From the human T2T-CHM13v2.0 reference genome, Homo sapiens, in the NCBI RefSeq assembly GCF_009914755.1, contig NC_060947.1: 64,000 nucleotides of DNA; one strand, written 5' to 3'. Shown piece by piece: positions 45,721 to 61,246 of this stretch. How positions within the stretch are numbered: the first letter of the stretch is position 1; each line of letters starts with the position of its first letter. The translations under genes were made by a program, and so were the position numbers. Under the pieces are notes generated by a model. The model searched no databases and was not told the origin of the DNA. It saw only the letters and a program-made list of their open reading frames with translations.

Positions 45721-46099
45721 TATACGCTCATAAAAAAGAATGAAATTATGTCCTTTGCAGCAACATGGATAGAGCTGGAGGACATTATCCTAAGTGAACT
45801 AAAACAGGAACAGAAAACCAAATACCACATGTTCTCACTCATAAGTGGGAACTAAATATTGAGTCCATGTAGGCACAAAGAAGTGAACAGTAGGCACCAG
45901 GGACTACTAGAGGGTGGAGGAAGAAAGCAAGGTGAGTAACAGAAAACTACATATCAGGTGATACCCTTATTACCTGGGTGGCAAAATAATCTGCACAGCA
46001 AACCCTCATGACACGCAATTTCCCCATATAACAAACCTGCTCAAGTACTCCTTAACCTAAGTTACAAAAACAAACAAACAAACAAACAAACAAAAAACG

Positions 46100-46399
46100 C
46101 ATTGGAAACTTAATCCTTATTGCAACAGTGATGGGAGGTGAGAACTAATGGAAGCTGTTTAGATCAAGAGAAGTCCACCTTCATGAATGCCTTATTGCTG
46201 ATTATAAAAGGGCAAGTTTATATTTTGCTCTCTCCCATTATCTCTTTGCCCTTCCACCATAGAATGATGCGGTGAAAACACCATCAACAGACACTAACTC
46301 CTGTATCTTGGACTTCCTAATCTCTGAACTGTTTGGAAATAAATGTCTTCATATGTTATCCTGTGTGTTATATTCTTATGGTAGCAAAAAACAAAGACA
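46100..46399 (+). mobile_element. MST/MLT1A-type LTR, 5'-truncated
   Basis: 'gaaacttaatcc..attgcaacagtg.tgggaggtg...tcttggacttcc..tctctgaactgt..gaaataaat...aagaca'. Confidence 0.7.
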
Positions 46400-47142
46400 C
46401 AAGTCAATGATAGTTATTAGATAATCATCATTATAGTGTAACATTGTCTCACAGGGTCTATAATGTTTCTATGGTTTGAATGTCTGTTTCTCTAAATGTT
46501 ATGTTTAAATTTGATTCACAGTTTTGGAGGTGGGGTCTAATGGGAGCTGTTTTTGTCAAGGTGGCTGGTCCCACGTGAATAGATTGCTGCCCTCCTTTAG
46601 GAATAAGTGAATTCCCGCTCCATTAGATTCTATGAGTTCTGGTTGTTGAAAAGAACCTGCCTCCCAACACTGCTTCTCTCTCACCCTGTGATCTGTGCAC
46701 AATCTGGCCATCCTTCAACTTCCACCATAACTGGAAGCAATCTGAGGACATCAACCAATACAGATGCCCAATCTTGAACTTTATAGCCATTAGAATTGTA
46801 AGCCAAATAAATCTATTTTCTTGATATTATTTAATTTTTTGAATGTTTTAAGATTGGTTTTGTGACTTAACATACGGTCTATCCTTGAGAATGATCAATG
46901 TGCTAAGGAAAAAAATGTGTTTTGTGCAGCTGTTGAATGAAATGTTATATAAATATATGTTAGGTAAATTTGGCGTATAGTGCAGATTAAGTTGGACGTT
47001 TCTTTGCTGATTTTCTGTCTGGGAGATCTATTCAAGGTTGATAATGAAGTGTTGAAGTTTCCAGATATTATCATATCAGGATCCGTCTCTCTCTTTAGCT
47101 CTAATAATATTTGCTTTATACATTCAGGTGCTTCAGTGTTCA

Positions 47143-47145
<3 letters not shown>

Positions 47146-47184
<39 letters not shown>
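47146..47184. repeat. (TA)n microsatellite
   Basis: Uninterrupted TA run. Confidence 0.95.
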
Positions 47185-47187
<3 letters not shown>

Positions 47188-48701
47188 AAATTGTTATATC
47201 CTATTACTGAATTGACACTTTTATCATTATATTGTGACTTTCTTGGATTTGTCTTACACATTTTGTCTTGAAATCTATTTTGTCTGATATAATTACTCCT
47301 GCATCTTTGGTTTATATTGAAATAAAATATTTTTCCATTCTTTTATTTTTAGAGTATGTGTGTCTTAATAGATGAAGTGTGTTTGTTGTAGGCAACAGAT
47401 CACAAAGTCTTGTTTTTTCATCTATTCAGCCACAGTCTGTATTTTTTAATTTTTAAAAAAATTTTGTAGGTACATAGTACGTGTATATATTCATGGGGTA
47501 CATGATGTGTTTTGATACAGGCATGCAATGTGAAATAAGCATGTCATGGAGAATGGGGTATGCATCCTCTCAAGCATTTATTCTTTCAGTTACAAAGAGT
47601 CAAATTATATTAAGTTATTTAAAAATATACAATTAAGTTATTTTTGACTATAGTTACCTTGTCCTACAAAATACTAGGTCTTATTAATTCTTTCCACTTT
47701 TTTGTACTAATTAACCTCCCCTCCTAACTCCCAACTCTCCACTACCCTTCCCAGCCTCTGGTAAGCATTCTTATAATATCTCTGTGTACAAATTCAATTG
47801 TTTTCATTTTTAGATCCCACAAGTAAGTGAGAACATGTGATGTTTGTCTTTCTGTTCCTGGCTTATTTCACTTAACATAATGATCTCCCATTTCATCTAC
47901 CTTGTTGCAAATGACTTAATCTTATTCCTTTTTATGGATAAATATACTCTGTTGTGTATATGTACCACAATTTCTTCATCGATTCATCTGTTGATGGACA
48001 CTTAGTTTGCTTTCAAGTCTTAGCTATTGTGAATAGTACTGAAACAAACATAGAAGGGCAAATATCTCTTTTATATACTGATTTGCTATTTTCGCGTATA
48101 TACCAAGCAGTGAGATTACTGGATCATATAGTAGCTCAATTTTTAGTTTACTGAGAAACCTCTACACTGTTATCCATAGTGGTTGTACTAATTTACATTC
48201 CCATCAACAGTTTATAAAGACTCTCTTATCTCCACATCCTCATCAACATTTGTTATTGCCTGTATTTTTTATGTAATTCATTTTAACTGAGGTGAGATGT
48301 TATTTCAGTACAGTTTTGATTTGCAATTATCTGGTAATCAATGATGTTGAGCACCTTCTCATGTGCCTGCTTGTGATTTGTATGTCTTCTTTCATGAAAT
48401 TTCTAGTCAAATCTTTTGCCCATTTTTTTTAATCAGATTATTAGAGTAATATAGAGTTGTTTGAGCTCCTTATATATTCTGGTTCGTAATCTGTTGTCAA
48501 ATGGGTAGTGTGCAAATATTTTCTCACATTCTATGGGTTGTCTCTTTACTTTCTTGATTGTATCACTTATGTGCAGAAGCTTTCTAACTTGTTGTGATGC
48601 CATTTGTCTATTTTTCCTTTGGCTATCTGTGCTTATAGAGTATTACTGAAGAAATTTTTGCCCTAAACAATGTCCTGGAAAATTTTCCTGGTAGTTTTCT
48701 T

Positions 48702-49240
<539 letters not shown>

Positions 49241-49327
49241 TCCTGATAGTTTTCTTGTAGCAGTTATGTAGTTTGAGATCATAGATTTAAGTCTTTAATT
49301 CATTTTGGTTTGATTTTGTATATGGTG

Positions 49328-49706
49328 TGTATTATTCCATTCTCATACTGCTATGAAGAACTACCTGGGACTGGGTAATTTATAGAGGGAAGAGGTTTAA
49401 TTGACTCAGTTCCGCATGGCCAGGGAGGCCTCAGGAAACTTACAATCATGGTAGAAGGCAAAGGAGAAGCAGGCACCTTCTTTACAGGGCGGCAGGATGG
49501 AGTGAGTACAAGCAAGGGAAATGCCAGATGCTTATAAAACCATCAGACATGGTGAAACACTCTATGATGAGAACAGCATGGGGGATAATGCCTCCATGAT
49601 CTGATTACCTCCACCTGATCCTGCCCTTCACACTTGGTGATTACACAGATTATGGGGATTAAATTTAAGGTGAGATTTTGGGTGAGGACACAACCAAACC
49701 ACATCA
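49328..49706 (-). mobile_element. THE1C/D solo LTR
   Basis: 'gggaggcctcaggaaacttacaatcatgg...ccaaaccacatca'. TSD tggtg / ttgtg. Confidence 0.9.
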
Positions 49707-52700
49707 TTGTGAGAGATAGTTAACCAGTTTTATTATTCTGTATAAGGATATCTAGTTTTCCCAGCATCATTTATTGAAGGACTGTCTTTCCCTCAGCATA
49801 TGTTCTTGGTATCATTGTCAAAAATGGTTTCACTGTAGGTGTGTGGATTTGTGTCTGTTTCATTGGTTTAAGTGTCTGGTCTGAGTTCCAGCACCATACT
49901 ATTTTAGTTACTATAGTTCTGTATTATAATTTGACATCAGATAATGTGATTATTCCATTTTTGTTCATTTTCCTCAGCATACCTTTGGCTATCCTGGGTC
50001 TTTTGTGGCTTCATATACATTTTAGAATTAGTTTTTGCTAGTTCTGTGAAAAATGAATTTGTATTTTGATACAGGCTCTATTGCATCTGCAGATAGCTTT
50101 GGTAGTGCGTACATTTTAACAATATTGATTCTTCCAATCCATGAACATGGAATAATTTTCCATTTTATGGTGTCCTCCTTAATTTTTTATCAGTGTTTTA
50201 TAGTTTTTGATATAGGAATCTTTCACTTCTTTGGTTAATTTCTAGGTATTTATGTGTGGCTGTTGTAAATGGGATTTCTTGTTTTGTTATTTTTTTTCAC
50301 ATTGTTAACTACTGGCATATAGAAATGTTACTCATTTTTTCTACATTGATTTTGTATCCTGTAACTTTACTGAATTTGTTTATCACTTCTAATAATAGTT
50401 TCCTTGTGGAGTCTTTAGATTTTTCCAAATACAAGATCATATAATCTGCAAATAAGGGCATTTTGACCCTTTCCTTTCAATTTGAATGCCCTTTATATCT
50501 TTCTCTTGTCTGATTGCTCTAGCTGGGACTTTCAGTACTATCTTAAATAACAATGGTGCCAGTGTACGTCCTTGTTGTGCTCCAGATCTTAGAGAAAACC
50601 CTTTCAGTTTTTACGCATTCAGTTTTTACGCATTCAGTATTATATTAGCCGTGGCACTGTCATAATGGATTTTATTATGCTGAGGTATATTCCTTAAATT
50701 TCCACCGTTTGAAGGTTTTTATTATGAAGATATGTTGAATTTTATCAAATGCTTTTTCCACATCAATTGAAATAATCATATAATTTTTTCCTTTATTCTG
50801 TTGATATGATGCATCGTATTGGTTGATTTGTATATGTTTAAACATCTTTGCATCCCAGGGATAAATCCCACCTGGTCATGATGAATAAACTTTCTTAGGT
50901 ATTATTGAATTCAGTTTGCTAGTATTTCGTTAAGAAATTTTGCAACAATATTCATCAGAAATATCGCCCAGTGCTTTTCTTTAATTAATGTGTCTTTTTA
51001 TAGTTTTGGTATCAGGGTAATACTGGCCTCATAGAATAAGTTTGGTCTTGCCCTCTATTTTTTAAAATAGTTTGAACAGAATTGATATGAGTTTTTCTTT
51101 ATATTTTTGTTAGAATTCAGTAGTGAAACCATCAGGCCTTGGGCTTTTCTTTACTGTGAGACATTTCATTATGTATTTGATCTCATTATTTGTTAACGGA
51201 CTGTTCAGGTTTTGGATTTCTTTCTGGTTAAATCTTGGTAAGTTGCATGTATCTAGCAATTTGTCCCTTTCTTTGAGATTTTCCAATTGTTTCCAATTTG
51301 TTTTAAGAATTCTTTTAACTTTCTTTTTTCATTGAACTGCTGGTCACTTAGGAGCATATTGTTTAAATTTCATGTATTGGCATAGTTTCAAAAATTTCTC
51401 GTTATAAATTTCTAGTTTTATTCCATTGTTGCCAGAGAAGATGCTTGATATTATTTCAATTATTTGAATATTTTAAGACTTGCTTTGTGACCTAACATAT
51501 TGTTTATCCTTGAGAGTCATCCATGTGTTGAAGAAAAGCATGTGTATTCTGCAGCTGTTATGTAAAATGCCGTGTAAACATCTATTATATCCATTTGTTC
51601 TATAGTACAGATTAATCCTGATTTTTTTTTATTGATTTTCTGTCTAGAAGATCTGTCCAGTGCTGAAAGTGGGGGTGTCAAAGTCTCCAGCTATTATTGT
51701 ACTGGAGCCTATCTCTTTCTTTAGCTCTAATAATATTTTCTGTGTATCGGGGTGTTCCCGTGTTGGGTGACTACATATTTAAAATTGTTATATCCTCTTA
51801 CCAAATTGACCCCTTTATCATTATATAGTGACCTACTTTGTCTATTCTTATAGTTTTTGTCTTGATATCTATTTTTTTCTAATATAAGTATAGCAACTCC
51901 TGCTTTTTTGGGGTTTGCATTGGCATGGAATATAATTTTCCATTTTTTAATTTTCAGATTATGTGTGTCTATATAGGTGAAATGTACTCCATTTACACAA
52001 CAGATAAATGGATCTTGTTTCTTCATCCATTTAGCCAGTCTATATCTTTTGATTAGAGTGTTTAGTCCATTTACATTAAATGTTATTATTGATAAGTAAA
52101 GACTTATTCCTGCCATTTTGTTATTTATTTTCTGGTTGTTTTGTGGTCTATCTTTTCTCCTTTTATTCTTTCCTGTCTTCCCCTAGTGAAGATGATTTCC
52201 TCTGATGATATAATTTAGTTTCTTGCTTTTTATTATTTATGTATTCATTGTATGTTTTTTGGTTTGAGGTTACCATGAAACTTGCAAATACTGTCTTATA
52301 GCCCATTATTTTAACCTAAAAACAACTTAATATTTGCATAGAGAAACAAACAACAAGCAAAACAATAACTAATACAAACTTGCCTTAACTTTTTCCTTCA
52401 CCTTTTAAATTTTTGTATTTTCTATTTATATTTTATTGTACTATGTCTTGAAAAGTTGTTTTAGGTATTTTTGTTTGGTTCTTTATTTAGTCTTTCTACA
52501 TATAATAAGAGTAGTTTACACACCACAGTTACAGTAGTTACAGCTTTACAATATTATATGTTTTTCTATGTAGTTGATACTACCAGTAACTTTTGTGCCA
52601 TCAGATGATTATTTATTGCTCATTAATGTTTTTTATTCATTTAGTTGAAGTACTCTTCTGAGTATTTCTTGTAATATGGGTCTTGTATTGATTAAATTCT

Positions 52701-55700
52701 TCATCTTGTATTTGTCTGGGAAAATTATTATTTCTTTTTCATGTTTGAAGGTTATTTCACCAGATATACTATTCTAGGGGATACGTTTTTTCCTTCAGCA
52801 TTTTAAATATGTCATGCCATTCTTTCCTGGCCTGTAAGGTTTCTACTGTAAAGCATACTTCCAGATGTATTGGAGCTCCAATGTATGTTATTTGTTGCTT
52901 TTCTCTGGCTGCTTTAAGAACCTTTTTTTCCTTGACCTTTAGGAGTTAGAGTATTAAAAGCTTTGAGATTAGTCTTCTTTGGGTTAAATCTGCTTGGGGT
53001 TGTATAACCTTCTTGTACTTGGATATTGATATATTTCTCTACATTTGAGATGTTGTATTTTATTATCACTTTGAATAAACTTGCTATCCCTATCCTTTTT
53101 CTACCTCCTCTTTAAGTCCAGTAGCTCTTATATTTACCCTTTTGAGGCTATTTTCTAGATCCTGTCGGTGTGCTTCATTGTTTCTTCATTTTTCTTTTTT
53201 CTCCTCTGAATGTGTATTTTCAAATAGCTTGTCTTCAAAGTCACTAATTTTTTCTTCTTCTTGATCAATTCTGCTATTAAAGACTCTGATGCACTCTTCA
53301 TTATGTCAATTGCATTATTTAACTTCTCCAGAATTTATGCCTGATTCTTTGCAATTATTTTAGTCAGCTTTTTAAATTTATCTGATAGAATTCTGCATTT
53401 CTGCCCTCCGTTATGTTGAATTACTTTGAGTACTTTGTGTTCCCTCAAAACAGCTATTTTGAATTCTCTGTCTGAAAGGTCACATATTTCTATTTTCCCC
53501 AAATTCATTTCTGGTGCCTCATTTAGCTTATTTTGTGAGATCATATAGTCCTGAATAATCTGGATGCTTTTGGATGTTTATCTGTGTCTGGCTATTTAAG
53601 AGATAGGTATTTATTTTCATCTTCACACTCTGTGCTTAGTTGTACCCAACATTCTTGGGAAAGCTCTCAACATATTCAAAAATACTTGATTGTTGTAATC
53701 TTAGCTGCATGTGCATTAGGGGGAACCCCAAATCCAGTAAAGCTGTGGTTCTTGCAGACTTATTGAAGTACCACCTGAAGGTCTTAGATGAAATTCTTAA
53801 GAATTATCTGGATTATGAGGCAGAGACTCTTGTTCTCTTCCCTTATATTCTCCCAAATAAATGAAGTCTCTCTCTCTCTCTCTCTGTCTCTCCATTCTGA
53901 GCTACCTGGATCTGGTGGTGGGGTGTTACAAGCACCCCTATGGGCACCACAACTGAGACTGTGCTGGGTTAGACCCAAAGCCAACACAGCACTGGGTCTT
54001 GCCCAAGGCCTGCTATAACCATGACCTGGCTACGGCCTATGTTCACTCAAGGCTCTACAATCAGCAGCTGGTGAAGCCACCAGACTTGTATTCTTATCTT
54101 CAGGGCAGTGAATTTCCCAATGCCATGGTGGTTCCAGAGATGACATCTGGAAACCAGGGACTATAGTTAAAAAAAAACAAAAACAAAAAACCAAAAAAAA
54201 AACCTTAGAAATCTACATGGTGTTCTGTTGCAGAGTGGCTGAGTTGGCACTCAACCCATGAGATACAGTTCTTTTCTCTCTTCCCTCCCCTTTCCACAGG
54301 CAGAGGAGCCTCGCCCCATATCTATCCCCACCACAGGCCTATGGGGATTACTGCCAGGATACCACCAATATTCGCTTTAAGCCCAAGGGCTCTTCAGCAA
54401 GATTGAGGTGAATGTTGCCTGGCCTATGACTCACCTTTCAGGGAAGTGGGCTCCTCTCTGGCCCAGAGCAGGCTTTGTGATGCCATCCAAGAGGCAAGTC
54501 CTGAAATCAGGGATCCAAAGGCCTCACTTGGTGTGCTATCCCTTTGTGGCCTAGCTGAAATCTAAGGTGTGAGACAAAATTTTCTTTACTTTCCCCTATG
54601 TTTTTTTTCAAGCAGATGAAGTCTCTTCCAATAGCCACTATAGCTGGGAATGTGCTGTAGCAGAAGCAAGGAATCACCAGAAGTAAAAGTCTCAAAGTCT
54701 TACCCAAGGACCATGGCATGTACCACCTGGGTATCACTGCTTGTTATTCAGTGCCCATGAACTCTTTAGTCAGCAGGTGATGGGCCCTTCCCTTCAAGGC
54801 AGTGGGTTTCCTTTTGGCCCAGGGTGTGTGTAGAAATGTTGTCTAGGATCTGTCACCTGAAAATGGGACCTCACAACACTGACTGGTTCCCTATTTTACT
54901 GTTGCTTAGCTGGTATTCAAGAGGCAAGAAAAAGTCCTCTTACCCTTCTCTCTCCTCAAGCAAAATAAAGGGGTTTCTTTTGAGGTCATGAGCTGCACTT
55001 CATGAGTTGGGCATGGATGACACAACTACTCTGTTAGCAACCCCAGCTGGTATCTCAGTAGGTCACTCGCTCCCCAAATCTACTGGCTCTGAGCCTAGTT
55101 CAGCACTAGGACTCACCTAGGACTTGCAGTCCTTATGGCCTAGACTGTCCTTCAAATTCACATAGGGCCCCAGAGCAGCTTAGCTCGAGGTGGTGAGGCT
55201 TGTCAAATTTCAAGTGTCAACTACTTCAAGTGGAAAATTACTCTCAGAGTAGGGTTGGTTTAAATATTCCAGCCATGTTTTGGCATCAGCTGAGTTCAGT
55301 TGGGTTTTGCTTTCTGCTCTGACAAGGCAGCACTGAGTTCAAAGCAGTGTCTCACAATTGCTGCACTCTCACTCTCCCAAGCACAGAGATTCTGTCTCTG
55401 CACCATGCAGCTGTTGTTGTAGGATGGGAGGGTGGTGACATTTGTGATTCAGCACTTCTTTTCTAACCTTCTTAGTGCCTCTTTTAGTGATATGAAGTTA
55501 AAACCAGGTACTTTATGTGCTCACCTGTTTTGTGGTTCTTACGAAGGTGCTTCTTTTTGTGTGTAGATAGTTGTTAAATTTGCATCCTTGTTGGAGGGAT
55601 GATCAGTGGAGCCTTCTTTTTGGCCATGTTGCTCTGCCTTTCTCCAAACCTTTTTTCTTTATAAATTACTCAAGCCTCAGGTGTTTCTTTATGGCAATAC

Positions 55701-58149
55701 TATGCAGACTAAGACAAAATAATCCACATTTATTACACTATTTAATTTCTTTTCTGTTTACTTTACTAAAATTATTACAGGTGTTTTTTTAATGGTTTTA
55801 CCCTTTTATATACCCTTCAGCAAATTTCTCTAGTATTTTATTGAATGCAAGATTGATCTCTAAGAGTATGTGATTTTTTTATACCTCTTTCTTCTTATAT
55901 TGCATCTCACAACTGCTCAAATCAGTAATCCTTCTGACAAACTTTGCCGTAAAATGTATGTATTCTCAATTGCAACAATAAAACATACGCTTTGGAAAGT
56001 ATTTGGCAACACACTGAGAAGGGTTTTCACAAACATGACTAGTTAAGAGTCTATGTCTTATGGAATTCAACATAGTCTTTTCATTGTAGAGGTCCTGTGT
56101 TTACTAAGGTATCTAAGAGCACCAAATGTGCTATTTTCCATTTTGTGTGCCTGGTCAGTCATAGAAGTATAACCATGTTAAAAAGATTAGAAACATTGGA
56201 ATGTCTCTGAGAGTACTTGAGGATAAACCATAAATAGAAGGCTTTTTACCTGGATACAGTTACCTAGATAATCCCAGGGAAAAGAGCTCATTGTAAATTC
56301 ATAGAAAAAATGTAGTTTTATGTAACTATGCTTGTCAGCACACTAATTTCTCTTGTCAAATTCAGCAAGATTGCCCCTTATAGCATGCTGTAGTTACCTG
56401 GCATTAGTATGCCTATGATTTGAAAAATTATTTTCCCTGAATATTTTTCCTGGCTTACTCAAATGAAAGACTTGTGAGTGAAGTAACAAATTATTAATAA
56501 TACATGCCATAAAGTAAAACATATTCTTTTTCAGATCTCGATTTATTAATCAAGAATAAATGAATGCATCTGAATTATTTTAAAAAAACCTAAAATTATA
56601 CAGATTGTACTCAAATTGAGTATTTTCAATATTCTATTCAAAATATAATGAAAGGCATCACTCTTCACATTAACCTATACATTTATGAGGAAGCAGTCAG
56701 GTTCTCATATGAAATATTTAACATTGTATCTTGTATGAATTAAAATGAAAAGTATGTCTTATATATTAGAAATTTTGCATCAAGTTCAGACTGGAGAGTC
56801 AGCTGCTTTGGCCTTATAAGATAGACCTCAAGGGGTCAGATTCCAAAGCTTGTCATTCTCTACTACCTCAGCCAAGCTTCAATCAGTGTTGCTATAATTA
56901 TGTGATAGCATTCCATATTAAGTACTATTTATTACCTCTTGTTGATTCTCAATGACTGCTTGACAACTGGCCTTCTTTAAGTGTTACACATAAAAAATTG
57001 AGATTTTGATTTAATCTATAATGCTTATGAGAGCGTACCAGGCTTGTGCCATGCTAAATTAGGGTGTAAAAATCTAGGGTTAGAGGTAACCCACTTTTAT
57101 AATGTCCAGTATTTATTTTGCTCTAGACCCTCAGTCTATAAAAATGTATATTCCAAATGCATCTTAATTGAGTTTGTACTGTTATTGGTTAATTACTTAA
57201 TTTGTTTTAGTTTCAAAATTAGTTGAATCCCACTATACCAAAGATAAAGACAAAATTGGGATTATAAACTTCTTGTTTTATAGTAAAATAATGGGTTGCT
57301 GTGGAGATTAAATTATTTGGGGCATGCAAATCATAGTGCTTTACAAACAGTAATGGTGGCTGGTGCACTTCTAAATATAATTCGCTCATCTACATTTATA
57401 CAAAACTGTTCTGCCTTGCTTTAAAAGTTCTACCATAGGTGCCTTAAAATACATGCTTATACTGTTTCTTCCAGGATAGAAAACCCATTTCTGTAAGGGT
57501 TCTATGTCTGTTGTCTTACTTTTTTTTTTCCAAATTTGTAAACAATTCTTCCTTTCACAACCAGTTCTGAAACCCACAAAAGTCTTACAATGTCATTCAA
57601 GATGAGAAAATATCTTGGAATGGACAGGCTCACTTCTATACTTGAAGAAGTTGTTGGAGTACCTGTAGGCAGAGTCTTCCACTACTCTGACTGATAGACA
57701 AGTTTGCACTCCATCATGTATGTTCTAAGTACTCAGCCTCTCTAGAGGTTTTCAATCCCAATTATTACTTTTTCTACTAGATAAGAGAGTTTTTGAGAGA
57801 GACACTGGGTTGACGACAGGGAATTGATTGAAAGTATGAATATTAATGAGTAAATTTCCCATTCAATCTATCCTAAAAAATAAGTACTGCCTCCACATCT
57901 GGAAGTGCTAGCTTCCAAATATGATACATTGTTCCAGTTAAAGAAAACTGAGCTATCTTAGAGTGAAATTTTCTGAGTTCTTGCATTTGAACATTCATCA
58001 ACATAATGACCAAATCTCTAATCAAAGGTCTCCCTAAGCTTACATGTAAGCAAGCTCGATTGACTTATACAGAGCTTCTTAACAGTTTTTAGTTCCTCAT
58101 TCTTAACTATGAACATATATTCTGACTTTTGAGAAAAATTGGAATACAA

Positions 58150-59620
<1,471 letters not shown>

Positions 59621-59632
59621 GCCATATGTTTC

Positions 59633-60110
59633 TGTCAAGAACTGTAAAGGGTCTGAAATTTTACTCAAACTTGTTAGGTGAGCACAATTTTGGGCCAGCT
59701 GAATGGGAAGAAGACTTGAGACTCCTGGATCAGCAACCAAGAACAGTTTATTATTCACAACAACAACAGTAGTTAGAGTGTCACCATTTTTTGCACTGCT
59801 TTCTTGAGCCCCAGTTCTCACAGGGTGATGCAATAGAAAGCCAGTTAATATCTCCTCTTACAGGAGAGAAATCTTGAGTTTATGAAACTAACACCTTTTA
59901 TAATGGGTTCTCTATATGTCTTCCTTTTGCTCCGGAGGGAAACAGTCTCAATCTTTCAAGGCTGTTCTCTACACACATCCTTGAAATGTTAGTTTGGAAA
60001 AAGGGACACTTAGTACCTCATTCACAAGACATGCAGAAACTCAAAAGGTAGTACCTCATTCACAAGACATGCAGAAACTCAAAAGATCTATTGAAAATTA
60101 TCTCCCAAAA
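59633..60110 (-). mobile_element. ERVL LTR (LTR47-like)
   Basis: 'tgtcaagaactgt.aagggtctga.attttac...gagactcctgg.tcag...aattatctccca'. Confidence 0.6.
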
Positions 60111-60114
60111 TTAC

Positions 60115-60270
60115 TATCTAAATTTAATAAAATTTGAAAAGTCAGTTCCTTAGGTGCATGAATCACCTTTTAAGAGTTCAATAGTCACATATGGCTAGAA
60201 ACTGTCATATTGACAGTGAAGATATGGAACATTTCCATTACTGAAGAAAATACTATCATATAGAATGGTT
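60115..60270. mobile_element. MER3-like hAT MITE fragment
   Basis: 'tcaatagtcacatatggctag...agatatggaacatttccatta'. Confidence 0.7.
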
Positions 60271-60311
60271 GTACATCATATAATAGCAATAATAAGGTGT
60301 AATAATAATAG

Positions 60312-60450
60312 TAGCCCTATAAATTATGGGTTATTATCTGCACTTTACAGATGAAGAAACTATGCCTTAAGAAAGTAAAGCAACTTACTAAGTTAATATG
60401 TCTAGCAGGTGTCAGAGTTTGGACTGCATTAAACTAATTTCTTATACTGC
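60312..60450 (-). mobile_element. MIR SINE fragment
   Basis: MIR core 'ttattatc..cactttacagatgaagaaact..g.cttaag.aagtaaagcaactt'. Confidence 0.75.
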
Positions 60451-60463
60451 TTTCTATAATGCC

Positions 60464-61246
60464 TGTGGCAGATTGTATGTTCAAGTAATGACTGCAACAA
60501 TATTTATGATCCCACATGCTCTTCTAGATCCTTGCTACTATCCTGTCAAGAAGTGGAGCCTAGGGCTGGGCGCGGTGGCTCACACCTCTAATCCCAGCAC
60601 TTTGGGAGGTTGAGGCGGGTGGATCATGAGGTCAGGAGTTCGAGGCCAGCCTGCCCAGCATAGTGAAACCCCGTCTCTACTAAAAATACAAAAACTTAGC
60701 TGGTGGTGCGCACTTGTAATTCCAGCTACTCAGGAGGCTGAGGCAGGAGAATCACTTGAACCCAGGAGGCAGAGGTTACAGTGTCCTTGAACTTGGGTGG
60801 GCCTTTGTTACTGCCCCAATGGAAGTGATATTACATACAGTGTAAATGATGATATGTAAGGTTAACTGTATCCTTGAAAAGATGTCATATCTTTAACAAG
60901 ATGATAGAGCTTCTACATGGCTCCCTTTTGGGACAATAGCTCCTGGAAGTCAGTTGCCAGGCTATGAGGAATCCCAGGTCACATATTTATATCTTTTAGC
61001 TGAGGCCATTATTGAGTTCCCAGGCAGCAGCCAGAATTAACTCATACACATGAATTACGAAGCCTTCTAAATGTCTCCAGCCCCAGTCACCTTTGGATTT
61101 TAGCCCGGGAGATCCACAAAAATAATTATCGACCTGATCTAATCCTAACTTATATTTCAAATCATAAATAGTAATAATAAAAATAAGTTTGTTTCATGTT
61201 ATTAAGCTTGGGATGATTCCTTATGCAGCAATAAATCATTGAAACA
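60464..61246 (+). mobile_element. MLT1H-type LTR split by an Alu
   Basis: 'tgtggcagattgtat...atcccacatgctcttct...tcaagaagtggag[Alu]ccttgaacttgggtgggc...ttatgcagcaataaat.attgaaaca'. Confidence 0.7.
60564..60783 (+). mobile_element. AluSg-like, 3'-truncated, no poly(A) tail
   Basis: 'ggatcatgaggtcaggagttcgag'. Ends abruptly at 'gaggttacagtg'. Confidence 0.85.

Larger units (their letters stand above)
37050..46097 (+). mobile_element. Long composite L1: L1PB-type 5' UTR, ORF1 and ORF2 joined to an L1PA16-like 3' end; degenerate
   Basis: 5' end homologous to 17700-17860. ORF1 peptide 'EERISE..NEQNLQEIWD..KRPKLRITGILEGEEK'. ORF2 peptide '[11 protein letters not shown]'. (CAAA)n tail at 46065-46097. 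Confidence 0.85.

Noticed and set aside
39600-45850. Retrotransposition-competent L1
   Set aside because: ORF1 and ORF2 are broken into short fragments by stops, frameshifts and insertions. The same holds for the other long L1s.
60011-60085. CRISPR-like repeat of 37 bp
   Set aside because: Only two adjacent copies, no spacers, no cas genes and a mammalian context.
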